In this document: one piece after another, positions 48,301-58,000 of the stretch | Layout: each line of letters starts with the position of its first letter | Numbering within the stretch: position 1 is the stretch's first letter | Source of the DNA: Amoebophrya sp. A120 | Lineage: Eukaryota; Protista; Dinoflagellata | Direction: 5' to 3' | Length of the DNA: 64,000 nucleotides | Assembly (NCBI GenBank): GCA_905178155.1 | Contig: CAJINV010000006.1 | Span: 4,285,760-4,349,759, forward strand | Program-made: the position numbers and the translations under genes | Notes under the pieces: model-generated | The model's database searches: none | Seen by the model: the letters and a program-made list of their open reading frames with translations, nothing else | What the model was told of the DNA's origin: nothing

Positions 48301-51300
48301 CGACATCGGGCTGGCTGCCCGATGTCGACCAGCTTCCGCTGGTTCTCTGTCCTCTATCTAGAATCTCCGCTTCGTCTGGGCTTGCCTGGACTCGGCGTTT
48401 TTTCCCCGCCCTCCCACCCAGCTGCTGCATCTTCATTGCGAGAGACTCCACATTTTTTCACTTTTGCAATCCACAGATGAAGACTCTATGCGAGTGTGAA
48501 AGCGAGTTGTAGGCTGTCTTTTTAGTTTTACGCCTACTGGCATTGATGGAACGAATCGCGACGCAAAGTTATTCTGTTGTCATGCTTACATACAATGCCA
48601 CCTATCTATGTCGTGGCGGCAAGAAAGCGGTATGTCGTTATTTCTCGTTGACGGAAAAACTATGCGATGCCAGCAAAACTAGAAAAGGACAGCATACCAT
48701 ATCGTTCGCTCCCATACCTCGTGGGTGCGACAGCAATCCGCACAGGACGATAGACTACAATCTGATATGGCTTGCTCAGATGTTACAATCTCAAACGTGA
48801 GGACGATGAAGTCTGGAATTTGTGTTGCATGAACAGCATGGGCACCATACAGAGACTTGCGCTTTTCGCATTACAAATAAAGAAGTAGTCTATTCGGGGA
48901 CTACCTTGCGCTTCATACCTTTCGGAACTTTTGCAATCCACAGATGAAGACTCTATGCGAGTGTGAAGATGGCTTGGTGGGAAGATGGCTGATGCGCGGC
49001 TCTTACAGTGCAAAGAGTTCGCGTGCTTCAGCTGTTTTTCAGGCTATCTTCGGGTGGTGGTTTGAAGAAGTGGATTTGCCTTTTTACATTTGGAGCGCCA
49101 ATGCTGGCGTCTCAGACAGGTCGCAGCGCGATGTGCTGCGTCCGCTAGATCACGACATACCCGCGGGAACTTCCCGGAACTTAGTCACGATTGGGAGCAA
49201 GACCCCGCAGCGCCGCCCGGGTTCCGGGCTCCACCGCGGGGCCCTACCCCGGCGCGTTTCCCACGTGCTCGCTACCTAGCTACAACACAGCCCCGCGCGC
49301 CTGGATCTCTGCACCGACAGAGCCAGGCTGCCCCGTTGAGTCACATTTGGGGAAGATGTTCGGCGGGCCATGTCGTGTTCCACGGCTTGGCCCACCTTCA
49401 CGTCCGGGGCGTGGCTCTGTGGGGTTTGAGAGCTTGGCTTGCGCGGCTTGCTACTTGTAGCTTGCTGTGCCGGCCGGGTTCTCTTCTTGCTGGCCAGTGT
49501 GACCGTCGCAGGGCGTCCCGCGACGAGGACTGCAGCGCGCGTCAGCACTGCCTTCGATTATCATCGTTTCCGCGCGCTTTCGCTCGTTGGGTGAATTGCG
49601 CTAGGAATGTGAATTTATATGTCGTGCGTAGCAGTTATATCAATTTACATGATCAAGCAAGAGGGTTGCACACTCCGACTTCGGGCTGGCTGCCCGATGT
49701 CGACCAGCTTCCGCTGGTTCTCTGTCCTCTATCTAGAATCTCCGCTTCGTCTGGGCTTGCCTGGACTCGGCGTTTTTTCCCCGCCCTCCCACCCAGCTGC
49801 TGCATCTTCATTGCGAGAGACTCCACATTTTTTCACTTTTGCAATCCACAGATGAAGACTCTATGCGAGTGTGAAAGCGAGTTGTAGGGTGTCTTTTTAC
49901 AATTACTGGCATAGAAGTAGGAAACCGGACGACGGAGGATTCATTTTTGCACACTGTTGCCATGCATGTTGCCGTGCTCAGTATGCCGCAATTATCCCCT
50001 GTCTCAGTCTCGTTGGCAGAAAAATAAACATTGCTTTATGCCAGTAAAAGACAAAGCACAGCATACCACATCGTTCGCTCCCATACCTCGTGGGTGCGAC
50101 AGCAATCCGCACAGGACGATAGACTACAATCTGAAAGTTCGCTTTTTTTTCCTGGCCTACAAAAATGGGAAAAGACCTCCAGGTGAGCACCCCAGTGAGC
50201 AGAACAACACGGAAACGCTGCTGGAACGCGGAGACGTGAACAAATTTTCCATCTGTTATGCAAGAAAAAAACTGTGTAAGTGTAAGTCTGTGATGCAGGA
50301 AATGCTAAACTGTTACACTTGTCATGCTAGAGGTGCGTCATAGGCCACTTTCATGGGTGTTTCCACGTACTAGCTGCGCACGACAGGTTTTCCCTGTAAT
50401 GCAAAGCGAATTATTGTGATGCTGATCTTCCTACAAAGTATACACTTACACAGTTTTTTTCCTGGATATCTGTCTCAGTCGGGGCAACACGGCGGACCAG
50501 GCAATTGCAGAGTCGCAACAGGAGCAGCAGGCGCAAAACTGGCCGCCGGGCTACCTCACCTTCAACGCGAACTCTGATCAGGGCGAAACGCAGGTCGAGG
50601 TCGTCGGAAAGGTGCACTGGGCGGTCCACATGACAAAGTTCGGCATCAAGCACGGAAACGACTATGAGAGTGCACAACTCGTCGTCTCCCTCCCTCTCAT
50701 GCAAAACACCAACGCCACCCTTTGCCCTTTGCCACTACTATGCATGACAGATTCCGAAAGGTGCCGAAACAGCACTAGAATCTTCGATCACCAGGCTCCT
50801 GTCATGCAAAAACTGCATCTTTGCCAAAGCTTGTCTTGCTGTCGATGCTATCCAAATTATGGGGGAAATAAGTTGTGCACGCGCATAAAGGCACCAGTAC
50901 TTTCATCAACTTCTGCGACAACGAATTTTCGGAGGGTGCTGGCTGCGCTGCCATTATCGACTCCGGCACTTCCCTGCTCGCCGCCCCGTCCGCCGTCATC
51001 GACGCGCTCCAACAGAAATTGCAGATCAAGGAGGACTGCTCGAATTTGGACACCTTACCCGATTTGGAGTTCACGTTTGGCAAGGGGACGCAGTTTGTCG
51101 AGCAGTTTAAACTGCCGCCGAGTGCGTACTATGCATTGCAAATATCTACTCTGGACGACGTCTGGAAGGATGCAAACCTGTGATGCGCGTTTCGGATCAC
51201 ACAAAAATCTGTGATGCGTGGACAACATAAGCAAAAGCGGGCCAATTCTTGTCATCGAAATGATCGGGGATTTGTCATGCGCATAATAGGCATTGGGAAC

Positions 51301-53461
51301 CTTGTAAAAACTTGTGATGCTATTGCTAGCGCTAGAGGTTCTCGCATGCCAGACCATCTCAGCCATGCAAAAACAGCATGACAATAAACATCTGCCCGCA
51401 TGATCCAGAGGACCACCCGGGGATATTTGCAGGGGATACGTACGTGATGAAGATTCAGCACTCCGAAGACACGACCTCCGTGCAGGACTGGTTTTTCGGG
51501 CAAAGGAAGTCCACGCAGTCGGTCGCCTATCCTGCTGTAAAAGTTGTATTATCCGATCGCACTTCAATGTCCACCTAATTGCAAGAATACTACCTAGCAT
51601 GACAGATCTGTTCTCTACAGGGAAAATAGCATGGCAAATTCTTGTTCTATTTTTCATTGCCGAAACAAAAATTTTGCAATGCAATTTCAGTACATCACTA
51701 CTGATGCGATCGCGATGCTTTTCTGCACCTGCATAGTGCCTGCATCCCGGCCTTCATGCCCATGGACAAGCAGGACGCCAGGCTGGGGAACGTGTTCATC
51801 ATGGGCATGCTATACAAAGAAAAAAGTGTTACAACAGCGACACGTTGTATTATTGCGTATTAAGCAAGACAGACGCGATCTCTTATGCCGGATGTGCATA
51901 GGAGAATGGTTCCCATATGTGTTTTTCCTTCTGATCTCTGCATCGCAGGTTTATTTTTCTGTCATGCGGAGATGACAATTTGTGTTGCTAAATGGAGACC
52001 ACAGGAGGTGTTGTCACTGAAACGCTTTTTCCTGTGATACATGTCGTTCCTCCGCCACTACCGCACCACCTACGTCCGCGCGGTGGGCTCGTGTCTATGA
52101 GGGTGCACAACTCCCCCTCCCCCTCATTTGTATGGCATGAACAGCATCACAAACACCAACACAAGTGGAGCCTGTGCATGACAAGTTTACGCACCGAATG
52201 TAGAAGTCGTGTTTTGGCTTCCGGAATTTGTCATGCAAACACTGCCACAATACATCAACGGCATTTATTGGGGTTTTGCATTACAAATGAGGGGGAGGGG
52301 GGGTTGTGCACTCTCATAGTGTCCACCGAAGATGTACTTCGACGAGGTGGATAACAACTGCAACAAGTATCGCAAGAAAAAACTGTTTCACTGTAAACTT
52401 GTGATGCATAAAATGGAACACAGAAGCATTTGTCTTGCTAAACATGCGAGAAAGTGGATTTTTAGCTGTGTTTTAGATCTCTTGGTGCTTCGGCACTTCG
52501 AGGTTTAGGGTCGGAACGTTCTCAGCACTGCTGAAGCTTAAGAAGAAAGGGGCGTGCACGCCCTGGCCTTCAGTTTGCTCCGCCATTATCTTTTTGACGA
52601 TCGCTTTACAAATCCTCCTTTTTTGCTCTGCCTCTTGTTCCCCGGGCCCAACTGGCACCAAGCAGTTTTTTTCCGGGCTTTTTTTCCGGTCTAGGTTTAG
52701 GTAGGGCCCCACCGCCGCCGGCACGGGATGGCTGTCGTCGCGACCGTCTCACCTACGATCTACGCCTTCTCCTGCTGCACAAGTTCGATCCGGAAAGGGT
52801 TTAGGTTAGGTTTCAGGGTTTAGGATATCCACTTTTAGCTGTGTTTTCCCTTAGGAAGCTCGCATGGTAAATTTTCTCTGTCATGCGGAACAAACTTGTG
52901 ATGCAAAAGTTGCAAAATCCTTACAGTGAAACACTTTTTTCCTGTGATAACAAGGTCGGGGGGAGTGGTAGCGGTGCCGCGGGTGAAAATAAAAGTGAGA
53001 CTACGGGACTCAACAGCGAAGACACCGACATGGCGTTGCTCCACTCGTTATGGATTGCAAATATGTCTGGGTCTGGAAGGTTGCAACTTGTGACGCTGTT
53101 TTTGGATTCTAAAAAGATGTGTATTGCATGAGCAGCAAGAGGAGCCCAGTTTGTGCGACACGGAGAGGACATTTCTCATGCGGAATAGGCATGAGAAAGC
53201 CCTCGGAAAATCTGTGATGCTGAGTCATGCATCAGAGGCATCAGGGGTCATTCAAAATATGCATGGCAAGCCTAGCAATCTTCCAGACCCAGATATATTG
53301 GCATTCGATACTCGTCATCAGAAGTGGAGTCCCGCAGTGACCAGGCAAACAGTGCGGAGCTGCGGCTGAAGAAGATCCAGCGGGAAGTGGTGCACATCGA
53401 TCCGAAGAAAATCCGGATTCCGAATTGGGCGAAAGGGGACGCGAAGGGGATTGTGCTGTGA
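42314..53461 (+). CDS. Secreted pepsin-family (A1) aspartic protease; 18 introner introns and 3 GT-AG introns, one of 3.7 kb
   Basis: Signal peptide, then LKNFQNVQYFGDIGIG, catalytic IYDTGS and IIDSGTS, flap HMFGSG, AIVGLG, FSICL, HWAV and FIMGMPFLRHY. Introners: 42581-42845, 43233-43449, 43496-43760, 43897-44111, 44149-44400, 44453-44672, 44739-45035, 45377-45585, 45863-46124, 46185-46339, 50257-50468, 50663-50887, 51130-51438, 51528-51735, 51811-52039, 52096-52318, 52368-52949, 53049-53310. GT-AG introns: 42969-43150, 45655-45829, 46477-50182. Confidence 0.92.
45377..45585. mobile_element. Introner family H representative (about 205-215 bp; TIR TATCG...GAAAAAACTGTTTCACTGTG)
   Basis: TSD AAAGA/AAAGA. 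Also 33604, 43233, 52368, 60037 and 60350. Confidence 0.9.
46811..47539. mobile_element. Cassette A (729 bp) flanked by a 52-bp direct repeat
   Basis: 46759-46810 is identical to 47540-47591. Contains three 42-bp tandem repeats. Confidence 0.6.
47329..47460 (+). repeat. 42-bp tandem repeat x3 inside cassette A
   Basis: CAGTTCGAACCCC(T/G)CCAGGGGAAAGAAGCTTACTTTTCTCGT at 47329 and 47371, with a diverging third copy at 47413. Confidence 0.9.
47593..48459. mobile_element. Cassette B copy 1 (867 bp) flanked by a 41-bp direct repeat
   Basis: 47552-47592 is identical to 48460-48500. Virtually identical to 48968-49834. Confidence 0.65.
48879..50134 (+). ncRNA. Putative structured ~350-nt module, copy 2, interrupted by cassette B
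   Basis: Same X-R-hairpin-Y order as copy 1 (X 48879, Y 50058-50134). Confidence 0.45.
48968..49834. mobile_element. Cassette B copy 2 (867 bp) flanked by a 41-bp direct repeat
   Basis: Only one difference from copy 1 was noticed (A48305 vs T49680). Confidence 0.65.
50257..50468. mobile_element. Introner family D representative (about 200-215 bp; TIR TAT..AAGAAAAAAACTGTGTAAGTGTA)
   Basis: TSD TCTGT/TCTGT. Also 1945, 4284, 43897 and 56151. Confidence 0.9.
52096..52318. mobile_element. Introner family F representative (about 215-240 bp; TIR TATGAGAGTGCACAACTCCCCCTCCCCCTCATTTG)
   Basis: TSD GTGTC/GTGTC. Also 14593, 21273, 44453 and 50663. Confidence 0.9.
52475..52832. other. 358-bp foreign insert with degenerate TTTAGGG-like repeats inside family H introner 52368-52949
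   Basis: Flanked by the 15-bp duplication TTTTAGCTGTGTTTT (52460-52474 and 52833-52847). GGTTTAGG(G) motifs at about 52502, 52693 and 52797-52824. Confidence 0.75.
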
Positions 53462-53628
53462 TGAACCACACGATTGTTCGGAACAGAAATTTGTGTTGCG
53501 TTTCCTGAACTACAGGCGAGGACAGCAGGCGTAACTACGATTTTTACTGGTTAAATTGAATGAGGAGGTGGCGCTGGCGACACGGAATGGCGCGCTCCAC
53601 TTCCCAGAATTACCGGTACCTACAGCGG

Positions 53629-53907
53629 TATCCTGAGCAAAAATGTACCCACCCCAGAGTTGTCATGCAGATTTGCAGCTACAGGGAGATTTGTAATGCG
53701 CATCCACATGAGAGGCGTTTCCAATCGCGTTTTGCGCTTTGTAATGCTGTCGACAGGATGAGAAGATGGATTTGTGTTGCGGCTGTACTTGCTAAACTGC
53801 ACTACAATACAGAGACGAACTTGTCATGCTGGACCCCCAAAACTTCTCGATTTGTGTTGCGAGATCCCCAGCTTGACTCTGGTGTGGGGACGTTTTTACA
53901 TAGAATA
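53629..53907. mobile_element. Family E element about 170 bp downstream of the protease stop codon (probable 3' UTR)
   Basis: TSD AGCGG/AGCGG and family E TIRs. Confidence 0.85.
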
Positions 53908-55091
53908 AGCGGCGGGAGAATTTTGTGTCAACGACACGTGTCCCGTCGAATGAATGACAAACTCAAAGTAAGTTGAAGAAGTGCCTGCAAGTTTCCTCGT
54001 CTTGCAGGCAGGAGCACCACAGCTTTTTGAATGATTTGAATTCCTCAACGATAGAGAACTTTTTTGACGACCCGAATGATAGCGAGTTAGTAGCGAAACT
54101 TCTAATCTTGCTGGTATAAAAATTGAAAAGTTGGTACGGATTCAGAATTGCTCTTTCAGAATGGACTTTTTTTTCCTAGCGTTAAAATGTTTTTTCAAAA
54201 TAATCTTTTTTCGACATGCAGTTTTGTTTTTTCAACAAACCACAGCCAATGCCGATTCGGAAGTCTATCCCTACTGGTAGCAAAGAGTTGTGCCCCCGCG
54301 GATAATATTTCCTTCGGTGCAGTAGAAGTCGGCTGTGTGGTAGTCAAGACAAAAATGCTCCACCCTTACGTTTCTTGAATGCATTTGTTTCAAAAGAATT
54401 TCAAAAATCACTCATGAATGTCACTGTATCTATCTTTCTTCTATTGATGAGGTCCTGTTTTGAAGGAAGTAAAATGAACTCTTCAATCAGCACTAGTTAG
54501 GTACGATCCATCGTTCTTTCTCGACGACTCAGAGATCGTAATCGTCTAGAAGAGCGGGAGGTTTTATTTGATGAAGCCTCGTCTGCAGTTCGTCTTTGTT
54601 TCCAACACTTTCCTCGATTTGTGTAAAGAAATTCGCTCCATTCGTTCTTATGATCGTCCTGATTATAGAGGGTCGGTATCAGTTGCAGATAAGTGCTTCG
54701 ATTTTCTGCCAGCGCCAGTGCCTCTTTCCAGGAGGTGGTGAGATGGATTCTCCACTTCTCGAGAGATCGAGCGCGCAGCGGAGACGGACAGAACGCGAGG
54801 GAGTTTAGAAGTTTCCGAGCGATTTATTGTCGTGGAATTAGAATTAACTTCCCAGGTTGATTCGCTCATGCCGTGCGTATCGTCCGTGCCACCACGAGTG
54901 GTGGGGCGTAGCATTGATTCTTCAGGAGCATTGTGTTGTACTACGGCGAACAAGACTGAGGGAAAAGGACTCAGGAGCGGGTGGTCATTATTTAATGGGA
55001 TCTATGATTAGATGAAGTTGATGTTGAAGATGTAAATAAGCTTGAGGGGAGGACGGAGAAGAACGAATAGCACGAAAAACTTGGAAAAAAA

Positions 55092-58000
55092 ATGTCGTCC
55101 TTCTTCATCACCGAGCAAGAGCCTAATTCCGCCGACGAGGCGCACACCGCCGGCGGACACGAAGGCGGCAATTCTACTCCAGAAGACTACGAAGACCATG
55201 CACGGCAAGACCTCTCCACGCCAGAAGAAATAAATCCGAGAAATAACCAGAACAACAAGCAGCTCGCGACCATAAATCAACCGACCAAACCGAAGACCAA
55301 CAAGAACAAGCTCCCCGCCGAGCACGCCAATGTGAAACAGGGCACTTCGTTCTGGGTCGCCGAGCCGTCGCTGATTTGCCGCGCCGGGCCGGAGTTGGAA
55401 ACCCCCGAAACCTCGGATCCATGTGGGCGAAACCGGATCGTGTACTGCGCGGGGAAGTTGGTGCAACTCCCGAACGGCATCGTCCGAATGCCGATCACGA
55501 AAACGGACGACAGGCTCCACGAGAAGTTGTCGAATTTGCAGCGGCAGAAGTTGGTCCACTGGGTGACGTTGGACGCTTCGTCTGTCGACTATGAACAGGA
55601 AGAACCCATTCCCATCCATTTTTTGCATGACAAACAAAGGATTTTGATACGTGTTTTGCATGACAAATTGGATGGGGACGGGTTTTTTTCTGTGGATATC
55701 GATTGGCGGAAAAAGCACATGCTGGTTATCAAAGTGAAAAAAGCCCCCACCCCATATCGGAAACGGAAGATGCGCGAATTTGTGATGCTGTATTTGAGTA
55801 CTTACACAAATCGACTTGTATTGCTAGAAGGCCAAGAGCCAAAGCTGTAGCCTAAATTGCAGGTAATCTTCTGTCATGCTGTTTCCCACTTCCAGTTGCC
55901 TCCTGTCATCCTGGAGCTGCAAGGCTTTCCCACGCTAGACAGCGCTACAGTCTGCATCTTTTGCCTTCTAGCATTACAGAGCTGATTTGTGACCACAAAT
56001 CTGCATCACAGATTTCCGTTTTGATATGGGGAGGGGGCATTTTTAATTGTAATACTGGTCGAAGTGGGAGACGAGTTGCTGTTCTTCAAGGTCTTTCTCA
56101 TGCAGAAGTACGCAGCAAAAGATACAGCAGCTTCCAACGCGGGCACACCTTATCCAAGGAAAAAAGTGTGTAAGTGTAACTTTTTTGCAGGAACAGCATC
56201 ACAGATTTGTTTTGCATGACAGAGAAAACCTGCCATGCGTAGCTAGTACGCGAAAACACGTATGAAAATAGCCTGTGATGCACATCCAGCATGACAAGTG
56301 TAGCTGTATTGCAACATCTGCAACACAAAGTTACACTTACACAGTTTTTTTCTTGCATACACCTGCGGGCGGGTTCAGTGCGGACGGGGGAGCTGAGCAG
56401 GATCTAGATCTGTTGAAGCAGTCCTCTTTGTCCACCTCTGCATGGTACGCGTTTTATCGGGATATGGACCGGAATAACAACAACCTCGTCTCCATGATCG
56501 AATTCGAAGCGGTATTGTGAGGAAAAATCTTTCCTCCCCATATTGAAAGCGCATCCATCTTCTGGAAACTTGTGATGCAGATTTGTGAACACAAGTCGCG
56601 TCTGTCTTGCAAGAGGGCAAGTGCAGGCTGTCCGGCACGTTATGCAGGCGATTTGTAATGCTGCAAGCCCTACAGGGCAGCCGTCTGCCATGCTAGGCGC
56701 CTACACCAAAAGGCCCCGCCCTAGGGTTGCGATCTGACTGCGTGCAGTGCTCTACTGCAACACGGATTTGATTTGTGTACTCAAATACAGCATCACAAAT
56801 TTCTTTGTCGATATGGGGAGGGGGGATCTTTCCTTCTGATAAGCGGGGTTGCTTTCTTTAAAATACCCCGACGAATCCACGGACGCGTCGAGTCGGAAGA
56901 ATATCCTGTGCAAAAGTACCGTACGCGTAGTAATTGCAAGCATGGATGACAGGGTAAATCCGCGCTACAAATTGTTCCATGTGTCATGCTGAGCCAAGTT
57001 GTATATGCAATTTCTAGTATTATTACCTAGGTAGTGCGATGCTTTTGCAATGCATAAAGAGAAGGAAGAAGCTACTCCAGTTGTTAGATAAGGACGGCTC
57101 CGGCGAGCTGACATTTGAGGAATTCGGGCAGGTCCTCGGGTTCAGCGAAAAGGAAATCTACAAGGCAAAGGATGACTACCAGAAGAAAAACCTCGGGAAA
57201 GACGTATGCAATGTAAAAGCATCGTACTAGTATGAATTGCATTACAAATTAGCCCAGCATTACAAATTGAATTTGTAATGCTGATTCACCTTGAGAAAGA
57301 AATTTGTAATGCATGCATGCAATTACTACGAATACGATGTTGCTTTTGCTCAGGATAAGACGGGGTGAATCGCAATATCCGGTGGAGCGCGACGGAAGAA
57401 TTTGATTTCCACGCGAGAATCAAAGAGTACGGCAGGAGGTCCCGGAGCACCACGCCGTCGCAGCGGCACTTATCCTGAGTAAAAGCCCCACACCCCATAG
57501 TCAAGTTGGGAAACCTGCAATACAAATCAACAAGCTTTGGCTGTTGCCCATCACAGGTTTTGGCTTGCAATGTGATCGCGTTTAGCTAGCGCAGCTGCGT
57601 CACAAATCTAGCATCTTATGCTGATACGAGCATCACAAATTTCAAAACAGCACTAGAGATGAATGCGTCCTCTCATGGGGCTCCTCCGCATGAGAAACAT
57701 TTTAAGCATGCAGATTTGCATGACAAGAACTAAGTAAGTATGGGGTGTGACGTTTTTCCTCAGGATAGCACTCGAAGAAGATCTACACGGACGAATCCGT
57801 GCGGAAAAATATTACAGTGAAAAATGCCCCCACACGTCCGAAAGTTGCAATAATTTGTGATGCGAAGTTTCCAAATGAAAACTTTTTGTCATGCGTGAAA
57901 GAACTATGAGTCTTACCTTTCTGATGCAGAGTCTAGTCGTATACAGCATCGCTTGCACCATCACAAGAGCTGCTCTTGCTGGGATCTTTTGCAATGCAAA

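Larger units (their letters stand above)
46723..48765 (+). ncRNA. Putative structured ~355-nt module, copy 1 (blocks X 46723-46771, R, variable hairpin 48511-48693, Y 48689-48765), interrupted by cassettes A and B
   Basis: Blocks X, R and Y are near-identical to copy 2. 5' GTAGTCTATT pairs with 3' GATAGACTAC. The middle region is diverged but keeps its pairing. Identity unknown. Confidence 0.45.
46772..49874 (+). repeat. Five exact copies of a 39-bp direct repeat R, CTTTTGCAATCCACAGATGAAGACTCTATGCGAGTGTGA
   Basis: Copies at 46772, 47553, 48461, 48928 and 49836. Confidence 0.95.

Noticed and set aside
47715-48512. 265-aa ORF in cassette B (duplicate at 49090-49887)
   Set aside because: Non-ATG start, Arg/Ala/Pro-rich composition typical of GC-rich non-coding DNA, and no RT, integrase or transposase motifs.
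48461-48520. R as a hammerhead ribozyme (CAGATGA-stem-GAAA)
   Set aside because: The core has A where the conserved U of CUGANGA should be. GAAA follows only two of five copies, and no consistent stem I/III with a UH cleavage site could be built.
48720-48900. Group I/GIR1-like core (AATCCGCA, CGATAGACTACA, GAAGTAGTC)
   Set aside because: The P7-like pairing is perfect with no bulged G-binding site, and P3/P8 were not found. Homology defines the unit as X to Y rather than Y to X.
46772-49874. 39-bp repeat R as a CRISPR array
   Set aside because: The intervening segments are about 430-870 bp and one is repeated. There are no cas genes and the context is a eukaryotic intron.
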